Part shown: positions 1 through 12,918 of the stretch, piece by piece
How positions within the stretch are numbered: position 1 is the first letter of the stretch
Layout of the letters: every line of letters begins with the position of its first letter
Assembly: GCF_006345805.1 (NCBI RefSeq)
Contig: NC_042997.1
Coordinates: 48,732,001-48,796,000 of the forward strand
DNA: 64,000 bases
Origin: Octopus sinensis
Taxonomy: Eukaryota
Reading direction: 5' to 3'
Made by a program: the position numbers and the translations under genes
Notes under the pieces: model-generated
Databases searched by the model: none
What the model was told of the DNA's origin: nothing
Seen by the model: only the letters and a program-made list of their open reading frames with translations

Positions 1-1020
1 CAAATAAGGAAAACATGTGACCGACTCTTACATTTTAATGAAGCCTGATCGTCAGTAAGTTTCCATGATTATCTATGACATCTTTCCAACCACTCGTAAG
101 CTTATTACTCCCATTATTGAAAGCCTCCTTTGGTTTGGAAGAGAAGAACTCTGAAAGGTTAGTTTCGACTTCCCTAATTCTTTCGAGAGTTAATTCATCT
201 AAATGATTCTGGTAACTACAGAACAAATGTTAATCGAATGAGCGAGGCCTGTGAGCAATTTTCTCCCAACCAAGTTCATCGATCTTCTGTGACGTGATCT
301 TTGCAGTGTGAGGCCTTGCATTGTCCTCATGAAACACCACTCCCTTTTGATTGACTAAAGTAGGCCTTCTTCAAAGCAACGGTCATACGCTCTAATTACT
401 GACAGTAGATTTAAGCATTGATTGCTGCATTTGTTGGTAGCACCTCAAAGTGGATGACTCCTTTGAAATCTCACCACACAGAGAGAAGAACCTTCTTCGC
501 ATGGAGTTCCATTTTAGGTTGTGTTTGGGCCTATTCTCCTTCACCAAGCCAATGGCTACGACACTTTAACATTTTGATAAAAGACCCAATTTTAATCCCC
601 GGTCTCCACTCTATCCAAACAGGTCGAAATGAGTCCACGAGAACGAAGAGAAGAACCGATATCCACTCGTGATTTCCGGTTGACTTCAGACAAAGCATGA
701 GGCACACATTTTCCGAGTTTTGGGACCTTTCCCAGCTGTTGAAGATGGCTTGGACGAAGCTTGTTCGCCATTGTTCGCCAATTATTCTACTAAAACTGCA
801 TTATGTTTTTCAAGATCTGCCAAAAGAAGCTTGTCGTCAAACTCAATTGGACGTCCTGTTCGGAACTCAACTTGAATGCTGAAATTTCCACTTCTGAATT
901 TTATAAACCAGCTTCCGCAAGTTCTTTCAGGCACTCTTCTCCATAAGCTGCAGAGTTCCCTTTTTAAAACTCATAAAGCATTGTGTGTATCAAATGCTCC
1001 TTAAACACTTCCATGTTTGA
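1..1020 (-). pseudogene. Decayed mariner (DD34D-type) transposase, cut by the window start
   Basis: The minus strand gives GKCVPHALSE (WVPHEL-like), TGD, KKVLLSVW*DFKGVIHFEVL, HEDNARPHTAK, and a C-terminus EFFSSKPKEAFNNGSNKLTSGWKDVIDNHG (ORF 35-226). Many stops and frameshifts. Confidence 0.8.
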
Positions 1021-1365
1021 AGCGCTATAATTAATGAAGTTTCAATTAGTTTATCCTGCTATAATTAATGACATTTAGTTTAAATATGTCCAAATATATA
1101 TAAACTTGGTGTCATTAGACATTCTAAAATTTTATTAAAGCTTTTACAAATTGAAAATATAGAAGTCCGGACATTAATCATGAAATAACCATAACAATGA
1201 CTTATCATATATTCAATTCAGATTTTATAGCTATAACGGGTAATTCTGAGAATAAAATTTTGACGCTATGAGCAATATTAGATAATGTTACATAGGTACA
1301 ACAATTGTCATTATTTGTTAATATTACAAAGCTGTTATGCAAAATAATGGATTAAAAGATTAGTA

Positions 1366-1722
1366 GAAAGCCGGCAATTTCGTGGGAGGGGTCCAGTCGA
1401 TTACAATCCCAGTATTCAGCTGGTGTTTACTTTATCGACCCTGAAATGATGGAAAGTAAAGTCGACGTTGAACTCAGAAAGAAAGAACGGACGAAATGCC
1501 GCTATGCATTTTTACCTGGCTCTTATACAAAATGATAATCATTTTTTAGTATAGGCACAACGCCTGAAATTTGGAGGGTGGGGGCTAGTCGATTACATCG
1601 ACACCAGTGCGTGACTGGTACTTATTTTATCGACCCAGAAATAATGAAACGCAAAATTGACTTTGGAAGAATATGAACTCAGAAGGGATAAACCAAATAC
1701 CACTAAGCAGTTTACCCGGCTC
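1366..1722 (-). mobile_element. Two adjacent degenerate copies of the Nin/Deu-like tRNA-SINE (family N)
   Basis: Contain tcgattaca-tcgac-ccagt...ctggtacttattttatcgacc...gaactcagaa, the reverse complement of the core seen intact at 59913-60143. Confidence 0.6.
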
Positions 1723-1834
1723 TAATGCAAAGTAATAATGAAAGGAGAACTGATTGTCAAAATATCAACAGTATTTAAAAAAGTTACAAAAGCAAATCTT
1801 TTAGCGTGTTCAAATAAGCAGGAAAGAATACTGC

Positions 1835-1871
<37 letters not shown>

Positions 1872-2021
1872 TGTGTACACATTCAAAGCAGTTTGCCAAC
1901 GGCCCTTCACATACAACACACCCTGATAAGCTCAGTGATTACTACTAAATTCAAGCCATGACAGACTATAAGATGTAGTTGAAGCCGAGGATTTCAAATT
2001 TACGGAGACTATATTTACATA

Positions 2022-2125
2022 TCGCCTGAAGAGACACAACTAGATCTCATAATGCAGGGAATCAGTTCCATAATCAAGCACCTGCACTCCTGTAGAACTA
2101 AGCTGTGCGGAAATAATTGTAGTGA
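2022..2125 (+). ncRNA. Degenerate type I hammerhead ribozyme with long stem II
   Basis: TCGC (2022-25) / CTGAAGA (2026-32) / long imperfect stem II / GAAA (2110-13) T AATT GTA (2119-21) / GTGA (2122-25). One extra G before GAAA. Confidence 0.5.
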
Positions 2126-2179
2126 ATAAGAGATAAATGTCCAACCGTACCCCTCCAATTGTTGACTCGAATTATTTCA

Positions 2180-2340
2180 GTTATATATTCATACACGACA
2201 GATGCCCAAACACATATCTGGAAGTACATTTAAATCTACTTCTGAATAGTACAGGGTACGTGGGTACGTCTGAAGGTGGACGAGCTTTATACTGTAATTT
2301 ACTACGTTCTTAACAGAATATACCATAACAACATAAATAG
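2180..2340 (+). repeat. Dispersed repeat, second copy at about 6925-7078
   Basis: Shared attcata(c)acgacaga..gcccaaac...ctgaag(g)tgga.gagctttata.tgta....tacg.tcttaacag.a.ataccataac. Confidence 0.55.
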
Positions 2341-4375
2341 ATACATACATAAATGTGTATATGAGTGTGCGTATTGTGTTTGTGTGGGGGGTGTAAGTTG
2401 ACCAATTGGCAGATCAAATACCACCGAGGTTAACTTTGCATATCATAATCTCGGACCCAATGTTGTGCATTTTCTCTCTCTCTCTCTCTCTCCCTCTCAC
2501 ACTCTTCTCTCCCTTTTCTATCTGGAAGAAATCGGCATTGATCGCAACTGGAAAGGAATTGAATCGACCGAATCGAAAAGATACTTCAGACACACTACAT
2601 ATCACGATCATACCCCAACGTTTCCATCAGGAGTTGAGTCTATGACATCATATCCAGAGACAAATGACCTCTCACTACAAAATCCACTCGCCATTATCAC
2701 AGATTACATTTAACCAATGGATTTAGCCTACAATGTATACGACATAACTCTATTCTGTAACTAGGTATCCATCTGTAATACTGGCGAGTAAGGCCAGATG
2801 GCTTGCTTCTGTCAGATGTATATATAATACATGTGTATATATATATATATATACTCGTATGTATGTATTTATATATATATACATATAGATACCGTTGCGT
2901 ACTCTGACTGTAAAAATGGTTTCTGACATTTGGACACGATATATTACATGAGTGCCCTAAAGGTCTTTGGTTAGTATCTCATATTGGCGCTAAACAGTTA
3001 GGGCTTGTCATTATACAAAATGACAGGTTTTTTTTTCTCTTTTAACTAGGTTGCTTATTTACATTTAACTGCCATTTTATAGTCTGAAATAGGATAATCT
3101 TGCCCGATTTTTTTCGCCCTACTCACTCTGAAAATGAAAATCTCCAGTTAATGTTTTAATATTGCTCCACTTTTCCGACATAACATTGAAATCACTTTCA
3201 AATCACATTTAACTGATTTGTTCTTTTTTTTGCTTTTTTTGTTTTTATCTTTTTTTGTTTTTTTCTAAACAAACCGCAAATACATTGAATAAAGTGAGCT
3301 TTTAAAATAAGATGGGTTGGTCAAGGCCGAAACGCCTTTTGATCACAGTTCTGCTCTGCTACATAACAAGAAGAACAATAAACACAAAGAACTGATTGTA
3401 TAAGAGCGACAAAAATCAACGGCACTACTGTGTTCAGTATCAGACAAAGCTCCATCAAGTTTTATATTTAAAAAATAAAAAGAATTACGGCAGCGTCTGA
3501 CAAAATGTTTTACCGTGATTAGCCTTGACTATTTGTGTTCTAAATTCAAATACTGCCGAGGTCTACTTCATTTTCATCTTTCCGTGGACAACTAAATAAT
3601 CACCAATCAAATATAATCGACTGTTGTCTCACTAAAAATACCTAGTCTTGTGCCTTTATACGAGATTGAAGCTTAGATTACGAAGTGGCAGACTTGTTAG
3701 CGCGTCGAACAAAGTGTTTCGAGACATTTAAGTACAGTCCTTCGACTCTCACTTCAAAGCCTGGCGAGATTAATTTTGCTTAATATTTCTAAAATAAATA
3801 AAATAAGTACCAGTTAAGTACAGGAGTGAATATAAACTTACAAGTGCTTGGGCGAGAGAAAAAGAGCAGCATCCATACGCATTTCATGGTTTGAGAGACT
3901 GATGAGAAGGAAGAAAAAATGGTATCAGTAGAGAGAGCTAACCCAATTGTTTCAAATGGAATGCATCCCATGAAGGATACTCGAATACCAGGCAACGGTT
4001 CAACTGTATCTTGGAGAATGTGAATGGTCTCTGACGCACTCAAACTGCTCAGGAAAAACACAAATTACTTAGGATATGGACTTTTACATTTCCACTATAG
4101 GTAATATATGGCATGGTGTGTATATGATTTCACTGATTCACAGTGTGGCTTTACGACGTAAGGGAGAGAGTAAAACGTGGGGAGCGATAGTGGCGAAAGT
4201 TGTGTTTGCCATTCAGTAAAAATTTGGAAGATATGGAAGTGAGTGTTAAGAAGAGAAACATGAAATGGTATTTAGAGAAACGGCAGACACACTTATACAC
4301 TCGTTTCTTCCTTATATGGAAAACTAAATGTTGTATACTGTTTACGCTTTTTCCTTTCTTACTGAGATCTTATAT

Positions 4376-5158
4376 ATTTCTTAATTGCCCACAAGGGGCT
4401 AAACATAGAGGGGACAAACAAGAACAGACAAACGGATTAAGTCGATTACATCGATCCTAGTGCGTTGGCGCATCGATCCTAGTGTTGTTGGCGCATGGCT
4501 CAGTGGTTAGAGCGTCGAGCTTACGATCGCGAGGTTGTGAGCTCGAATCCCGGACCGGGCTGGGTGTTGTGTTCTTGAGCAAGGCACTTTATTTCACGTT
4601 GCTCCAGTTCACTCAGCTGTAAAAATGAGTTGCGACGTCACTGGTGCCAAGCTGTATCGACCTTTGTCTTTCCCTTGGATAACACTGGTTGCGTGGAGAG
4701 GGGAGGCTGGTATGCATGGGCGACTGCTGGTCTTACATAAACAACCGTGCCCGGACTTGTGTCTAGGAGGGTAACTTTCTAGGTGCAATCCCATGGTCAT
4801 TCATGACCGAAGGGGGTCTTTACCCTTTAGTGCGTAACTGGTACTTTATTTATCGACCCCGAAAGGATGAAAGGCAAAGTCAACCTCGGCGGAATTTGAA
4901 CTCAGAACGTAACGGCAGACGAAATACCTATTTCTTTACTACCCACAAGGGGCTAAACATAGAGAGGACAAACAAGGACATACGAACGGATTAAGTCGAT
5001 GACATCGACCCCAGTGCGTAATTGGTGCTTAATTTATCGACCCCGAAAGGATGAAAGGCAAAGTCGACCTCGGCGGAATTTGAACTCAGAACGCAGCAGC
5101 GGACGAAATACCGCTAAGCATTTCGCCCGGTGCGCTAACGTTTCTGCCAGCTTGCCGC
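4376..5158 (-). mobile_element. Family N SINE dimer (tRNA head plus 2 body units), interrupted by a nested SINE
   Basis: Head gcggcaagctggcagaaacgttagcgc at the right end, B-box gagttcaaattcc in each unit, body gtcgactttgcctttcatcctttcggggtcgataaa. Confidence 0.85.
4490..4827 (+). mobile_element. tRNA-derived CORE-like SINE (family V) nested in the family N SINE
   Basis: A-box tggctcagtggttag, B-box ctcgaatccc, body ttcttgagcaaggcactttatttcac; tagtgcgt duplicated at 4458-4465 and 4828-4835; near-identical copy at 28220-28544. Confidence 0.85.
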
Positions 5159-5828
5159 ATTTCTTACTGAGATCTTATAAGTGAATTGCCACCGCTGAAG
5201 CGGTCCATACTCTTGTCTTTCCGATTACAGTGGATACATGAGAATTACATTACACACCAATCTTATTCCACCAAATTTCACTCGCATTTATTTGAGTGAC
5301 TGGAAACTGTATTGGAAAACACTTTCCAGGGTTATGTGCTATTGAATGCGAAATCAAATACATAGAATGCGAAACATTAGGCCATACGATTATTGCTTTG
5401 CCTATCTGTCAATAACACCACCCACAATGTTTGGTCTCATGCTTATATAATTAATAAATATTTTTAAAAAAAAGGAAAATAAATACTATTTTGTATAAAT
5501 ATTGAAACAGCTATATCATTAAAAATTAATGTATTTATGTTAAGTTAAAACAAAACAACTCTTACGCTGTATACAAAAATAATAAAGATAAATAATAGAA
5601 ACTTCCAAATTCTCAGCCAAAAAAGTTTGTGAATTGCCACGAGATATTAGATTGCATAGAGATATTGCGATAGAATAAATTTGAAAAATATATTCTGTGG
5701 AAAAAAAACAGATTTTATATAATGCTAAATCGTATTTTGTTACACAACATAGTATATAGAACTATGAAAGGCCGCAATTTTATGTGACTCTGAATGAAAA
5801 CATCCTTTTAAATAACATTTCCCAGCGT

Positions 5829-6046
5829 CTACTCGATTTCTCTGACCTCGTGTGTACCGTTGACGATTTTTTTCCTCTGTCTTCCCTTCTCGGGATCTTT
5901 CCTTCTCCTATGTTTCCGACGAAGAGCTCCGCTCGAAACGTTAGACCCTCCTTCTTTCCTTCTTTCCTGAGCGTCCAATAATACTATATTTGTTCCACAT
6001 ACTCGCGTTGTTGTGTTTTCTCTTTGTGTTTTCATGTTTGGATTAA
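5829..6046 (+). mobile_element. About 220-bp HHR-bearing element (Penelope pLTR/retrozyme-like, family H1)
   Basis: GTTT CCGACGA A GAGC TCC GCTC GAAAC GTT AGAC at 5912-5946; homologous to 6109-6292 and 7538-7745. Confidence 0.7.
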
Positions 6047-6047
6047 C

Positions 6048-6079
<32 letters not shown>

Positions 6080-6108
6080 CATATATACACACACACACAT
6101 ATATATAT

Positions 6109-6292
6109 AGTTAATCCAAACATGAACAAAAAGAAAACACAAGAACGCGAAGACGTGAAATAAGTATAGTGTTATTGGACGCTCAAGAAAGGAAAGAAAG
6201 AAGGATTTCACATTTCAAGCGGTGCTCTTAGTCAGAAATATAGGAAAAAGGAAAAAGTCAAAAGAAAATCGCCAGTGATACACACGCGGTCA
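6109..6292 (-). mobile_element. Inverted second copy of family H1
   Basis: Reverse complement of 5829-6046; HHR relic ATTT CTGACTA A GAGC ACC GCTT GAAAT GTG AAAT at 6205-6239. Confidence 0.7.
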
Positions 6293-6322
6293 CCCGATTA
6301 TCAGTCTCAATATGCCTAATCG

Positions 6323-6433
<111 letters not shown>

Positions 6434-6799
6434 GTGTGTGTTTCGATTAGGCATGTTGAGACTGATAATCGGGTGTAGAACTCAGTAAACTTATATATCA
6501 GAACGATGTGTGAACCGAGTATAGAGTGGTAATAAGAAAGAGAGATGACAAAGAAATTAATGATTATCATATAAACTTCATTAGCTTGCAGCAGTTTCTG
6601 CTACATGATGCAATGGAATCGTAGCTGAGTGCATGAGTAGCCCCTTATAGCTTCGTCGAAGACTCGATTACGAAGTGTAATTTATTTCGGGAAGGATTAC
6701 ATTTGTGCCTGTATAGAGAGAACGACATCAACAATGAGAAAGTCAATATATAAGAAAAGTGTATATCCACGATGTAATTAGATCTATTAGTAGAAGTAT

Positions 6800-6879
<80 letters not shown>

Positions 6880-7082
6880 CATATATATACGTATGTATAT
6901 GTATATGATATAGATAGATAGATATTTTTATTATCCATTCACATACGACAGAAGCCCAAACGCAAACCTGAAGTACGTATAATACTATTACTAGATAGCA
7001 CAATGGAAAAGCTGAAGTGGAAGAGCTTTATATTGTATTCTTGTACGCTCTTAACAGGACATACCATAACTATATATATATA

Positions 7083-7473
7083 CTAGCAGTATCGCCCGGC
7101 GTTGCTCGGGTTTGTAAGGGAAATAACTATATAAGCATTTTAGAGATGTAAAGTATAATAGCCATCTCAATATGGCTAACCACAAAGAGGGGTGTTACTG
7201 TCGCTTTTTACGTTCTGAGATTTAATAATACATTTTTAGAAAGTTACTTCCCTTATATATGCCCAAAATGCATTAAAAATGGGAAAAATTGATGGTAAAT
7301 TATTTTTAAAATCGTAGACTCATCGTAGACGCGCGCTAATACCCAGAAGTGCTCGATATGAATCACGACTATAAGATACCCGGTTTTGGTTAAACTGTAC
7401 CGAAAAATGTGGGAGTAGTTAGGAATCTAAATCGTAGAAGACAGACAGCACACAATCTCTATTTTATATATGA

Positions 7474-7476
<3 letters not shown>
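7083..7476 (-). mobile_element. Complete non-autonomous Helitron
   Basis: The minus strand begins TC(ttcatatataaaa) and ends with hairpin cccgagcaacgccggg followed by CTAG. Inserted between A and T with no TSD, as expected for Helitrons. Confidence 0.8.
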
Positions 7477-7528
<52 letters not shown>

Positions 7529-7537
7529 ATATATATA

Positions 7538-7745
7538 TGAAGTTAATCCAAACAAGAAAGCACAAAAAAACACAACAACGCGAGGACGTGGAACAAATAT
7601 AGTATTATTGGCCGCTCAGGAAATAAGCAAAGAAGGAGGGTTTTACGTTTCGAGCGGAGCTCTTCGTCGAAAACATAGGAGAAGAAAAGATCCAGAGAAG
7701 GGAAGGCAGAGGAAAGAAAATCGCTCACGGTACACACGCGGTTAC
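7538..7745 (-). mobile_element. Third copy of family H1 HHR element
   Basis: Minus strand GTTT TCGACGA A GAGC TCC GCTC GAAAC GTA AAAC at 7640-7674. Confidence 0.7.
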
Positions 7746-7766
7746 ATGCAGAAAAATGAGAGTTGC

Positions 7767-7988
<222 letters not shown>

Positions 7989-8613
7989 GTGTGTATGTAT
8001 GTATACATGCATGCTTGAATTACGGTGTAAACTGTGGTGATTTGAATGTTTCTTTTCCAAGTGCACGAAGACAAATTCCTTAGGGATTCATTCCCATGTT
8101 CTGCATTTTTGAGTTTACCCACAAGGTCGATGCATTACAATCGCATCGAGCTTTTAAGCCGATTTATCCAAAATTTCATGGTTTGGTTTGTTTTCCTAGT
8201 TCGGGTAATTTTGAAGTCAAAACTACCCGACTGACTTCGAGGCTCATCAACCATAAGAGAAATTCGACTAAACGGCCACTATAATATAGTTGTGTGTGTG
8301 GGGGGTGCTTTTGGGGCAGCAAAGAAAGACCTTATCACTGGGGAGATTTGCAACGCTGTGAGATACAATCTAGTTCCTCGTAATGTTACAAATCTCTCAA
8401 ATTGTATTTTATATTAAATGTTACATGAAATGTTTCTTTTAGTCTTATCCTTTCTCATGCAAATTATGTTGTTGACCTGAGCTAGAACTTCTTGTAATAC
8501 TTTGAAAACTTTCGTGAAGATTTTTCGATTTACATGTATTTAGATATGCAGTGTTGAGTTCACGGGTGTCTTATAATTCATATATATGTGTGTATGTGTG
8601 TGCATTATACATG

Positions 8614-9850
8614 CAGGGTGCGGGAGGTGTTTGAGGATAGATGTGGTACTTTGATAAAAGAAATCTAATCAAGCAAAAGCCATATGCATTTTAATAAAAG
8701 TTTGAGCACATTTTCTAGATAAGCTTCCTTATGTGGTTCCTCTATAAATCCGCCTTCAGCTTCGGGAACTAACCCAATGCAGGATCGGGATCGGAATCGT
8801 TGACAAACCTACAGTAAATAATCCTTATTCATTTTGGACCTCATCTGGATAATGGAAGCCTCCAGCGAAGCTATGGTATACTGAGGATATTAATTAGTCT
8901 CCCTTTCAACAACGCCACGAACGTAGTGATTAATAGGATACAAATCTGGCGAGTTTAAAGGTCGCAAGTACGGTGCGACATGATTGCAAACATTGTCTGA
9001 CATCCTTATCTTGGTTGCGTAGGTTTTGTGAGAAGGTGAAAAGTCTTGTAAACAGATATGACTTTTCACTCCTCACGTCATCTATCCACGGTTTCGTGTC
9101 TATATCGAGTACCTCAGTGTATGAAACAGCATTAATTTTAAGATCTTGCGGAAAGATGTGAGGTAGCATGATTCGACATTCTTGACTCATCATTCCTAAA
9201 ACTATCACAATTGCTGGAAATTTAGTGTGCATCATCACACTGGGGACATCAGAAGGATCTGCCCGTGAACATTTCTCATTTCTTCTGTTAGACCTTTGGT
9301 TTTTGTCGAAGGTTTTCTTACCAGAGAAGAACTAAAACGTGCCATGACCCTGAGGATCAATAACCTTGTTAAGTAACCGCTAGATACGGATAAAACAGTT
9401 TTCTCCTATCTTTCCAAAGAGGAATAGACCTCTCAGTATATTTGTCTGGTACCGTATGTCGTCGTGCAATGTAGTTCTCATAGTCCATTCCAATACTTGA
9501 AGTTCGATAGCAGTCTTTTATTTTCCGGGATCATCGTCGGTTGTATTTGGAAATCCTTGGGTAAATTGCTTTGTATTTAGTGCTCAAACGTTTAGAAAAT
9601 TATTTCTTTGATGCAGTTGAAATATTTCCACCAGAGGCTCCCATTGTCTACGAAAGATCTTGCGACATTTAATAAGTTGCCAATTTCTAAATCGCTGTAT
9701 TCGGTAGGTATAGCATCACTGGCTACAAATCTTTTTATTCTTTGTGTTAGCATTTTATCTGCATGGGGATCTGAAAGAAATGAAGCCGTTTTAATTGGTT
9801 TCGATATATACTGTCAGTTAAGTATTTTTAAATGTTCCTTGCATCCTATT
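8614..9850 (-). pseudogene. Decayed, internally deleted Tc1/mariner DD37D (maT-like) transposon
   Basis: Minus strand N-terminal HTH ...SDLEIGNLLNVARSFV, then ADPSDVPSVMMHTKFPAIVIVLGMMS, IFPQDLKINAVSYTEVL..KPWID and PLNSPDLYPINHYVRGVVERETN (WPPNSPDLNPLDY-like); cagggtgc TIR-like end at 8614. Confidence 0.75.
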
Positions 9851-9934
9851 TGCATTTATGGGCATATACATATATATATATATATATATATATGGTTCTA
9901 TTCATATATACATGTACGTACATATATATGATTG

Positions 9935-10045
<111 letters not shown>

Positions 10046-11823
10046 ACCTTCTAGTCGTAGAAAGTGCCTATTATCTCACGACAACAAAACGGAAAGATAT
10101 TTTCCAAAGCTTACGTCTTGGAAATTCTTTAGCAAATTATTGTGCAACTTTACGGCGCCAATTAGTAGTAACAAATACTGAGATAAACTTCTATTTTGTC
10201 AATTTCGTATGCAAATTGCTTGAGGGACTAATTAATGCTGCCTTGTTTCTTTATTATACAGATGCTGCACTCATACTTGAAAACCAAACTTCATACATAC
10301 AGGCATATACCAACTTCCTTATACACACACACATACATACGCACGTATACAAATAAAGAGGGACACATATTCTGTATTCGCATACATATATCTACACGCA
10401 CACTCTCACACACACACGCATGTAGCTTTGTTCCTGTGTTGGTCCTATAAATGGATGTACTTATACGTAAACATAAGCAATGCTAATTACATTCTTAAGA
10501 AATTTTAATGATTGCAGCTAATTTAGCTGAAACTTAATTATATGTATTTGCTTTCAATATCTTTGCATGCAAATACGCTGGAATACTGCAGCTAGCTTCC
10601 GCAGTTGATTTATGCACGAGCTTCGGTAGTGTATTCAATATATATCGATTATCTTTACTCTGTGTTCTTTATGTTTCTGTCTTCCTCGTGCTTCTAACTT
10701 ACTCCCTTGTATTAATGAGAATATATTATGTTTTTTCTTTAACATTTGATTTTGACCCGAAACACGTTGAATTTCTTTGCAAGTTATTCATATTTTAAAA
10801 AGCCATGTCATTCCATATTCCCAATAGCGGTAGCATGAAGTCTTCCAACATATATATTCCCGTGCACAATATGAATTATTTTCTTCATTCGGAAGAAAAA
10901 CAATCCTAGCAAATAATACACACAAAAATGTATTTACAATCACTTTGTTATTAACAAATAGCAATTTACGGAAGATGTTTGTACGGAGCATGTATCATTA
11001 AGAATTTATTAACGTGATGTGTATTTGACTGATTATGACGATTATGACCATTATTAGTTTATTGTTAAATAATATATATTATTAACTCTTTTTTAGTGCA
11101 ACGAGGTGCAAATATATACACTTAAAGTAGATGTTTTTGTTGTTGTTACTATTGATGTAGTTATTATTATTACTGTTGTTGCTGTTTTTAATATAGTCAA
11201 GTTCGATTGAACAAATCCATTAGCAGAATAATTCCAGCTGCATTTATCCTTTCTATTCAAGAGCCTTCAGGACCAGATGTATTTTCTCCAGTAAGGTATA
11301 ATTTTAGGGGATTTTGGCTACTATTTGGATTTCGTTGCAGATGTTATGCAACAAGAGAAATTACAGCTTTGGACTATTGTCCAATTTATCCCTTCTTGCT
11401 TTCGTCTTTTTTCCAGAACCGACGTAGCAGATGTCACTATACAGTTATTTATGCATATTTCTATGTATGTGTGTATACATGATATCACACGCACACGCAC
11501 GCACACACACACAAACACATACACATACACACACTCATACACAGTATGCTAATCTTCTAGAAAACATATAACTTTATTGCATTCTAAAAGGTATTTGGGA
11601 ACGCTTCTAGAAACTTCCATGGGAAGTTATACAAGCCTAGTATTTTTTCAATTTTAGTTAGTGGATAGCGTGCCTTCCAGAAGCTATGCCACTCACTCTC
11701 AAATACACTTGTTGTATTTTAATATTCTTGCTATAATGATACAAGACGTTACTTCCCTCCACAATGACCTTTATTAATAAATTTAATGATTTCGCTACTT
11801 TAGTTTCAATGAAAGAGGTTTAA

Positions 11824-12073
11824 TGATGTGTCGACGCCCCCAAACGATGAAGTAGGCTAGCCCAATACGTAGATATAGAGGGAGAAGTCTAGACGTCGAG
11901 GGGTGAGTGAAGGTCATCCGAACCTGCGATATAACAGTGGCGACGAGGATGAGATCCACTGTTATATCGCACGTTCGGATGACCTCTACTCAACTCCTCA
12001 ACATCTAGACTTCTCCCTCTATATCTACGTATTGGGCTAGCCTACTTCGGCGTCTGGGGGCGTCTGCACAACA
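11824..12073. mobile_element. Palindromic LTR-PBS-inverted-LTR element with 5-bp TSD
   Basis: Arms 11824-11936 and 11960-12073 are about 89% reverse-complementary; each arm runs TG...AACA; TTTAA lies on both outer flanks (11819-23, 12074-78). Confidence 0.7.
11938..11955 (+). promoter_or_regulatory. LTR-retrotransposon primer-binding site, tRNA-Ser(GCU)
   Basis: TGGCGACGAGGATGAGAT is a 17/18 match to the complement of the metazoan tRNA-Ser(GCU) 3' end as I recall it (ATCCCATCCTCGTCGCCA); it starts 1 nt after a ...TAACA LTR-like end. Confidence 0.7.
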
Positions 12074-12855
12074 TTTAATTCTTGTCATTTCTTCGCTTGA
12101 TAAACTCTTAGACAAAAATTAAGAACTAACTTACTGCTATTCGTATGTTTTCTCGCGGGTTTATTGACAAAGGGAGATTACTCCGGTTTATTTATATTTA
12201 ATTGTAATTAAACGTATCAGTAAAATAACGAGAATCAAATGAAACTATCTTCGAAATTGATCTTTTTACATTTCTCCACAAAAATTTATTTGACAATTCT
12301 TGTCATTCTACCAACAGCAGGTAGTAAAAGAAATTAGTTTAATTGAAAGACACATACATGTCACACAACATATTCGGTCAACTTAATTGTATTCATATCT
12401 CATGGATACATCATTAAAGCAGAGAATATATATGAAGACAACAAAATAGATGCCGAATGACATAACAAAATATGTCGATGTAAGCGCGTATTAATTGGTT
12501 TTTTTTTTAATTTTTTGTTTTATCGTGTCCTATTCGTGTGTCTCTTCTCTTCGTCTGCCACAAATTGCCATATGTTCTCATAATGTCATATGTCATTCGT
12601 TGTACAGTAACTTATATTGCCCTTATCGTATCCTCCTTCAATCCCTCACTCTCATACACACACACACATTTTCTTTCGCTCTCTTAACCTCTCTCTTTCT
12701 CTTACTCGCTCTCTCTCTCTCTCTCTCTCACTCACTCACACATACACATAAAGCAAAAATCTGACGACCAGTTTTTAACAATAATATAAAATAAGATAGT
12801 TAATGTACAGATAAAATCTGGAATATAGATTTTCAAGAAGAAGAAGAAAAAAGAA

Positions 12856-12858
<3 letters not shown>

Positions 12859-12917
<59 letters not shown>

Positions 12918-12918
12918 A
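12859..12918. repeat. (GAAA)n microsatellite
   Basis: Direct inspection. Confidence 0.95.

Noticed and set aside
3305-3345. ggtcaaggccgaaacgcc, an HHR-like right half
   Set aside because: CUGANGA matches only 4/7, and the NUH triplet and stem I are not recoverable.
4490-4560. tRNA-like A and B boxes here and in other SINE heads
   Set aside because: No complete cloverleaf; they continue into SINE bodies, so they are not tRNA genes.
9592-9770. Strong minus-strand acceptor (tttctttcag) plus a 59-codon open frame, looking like a terminal exon
   Set aside because: The peptide (SDLEIGNLLNVARSFV) is the N-terminal HTH of the adjacent maT-like transposase.
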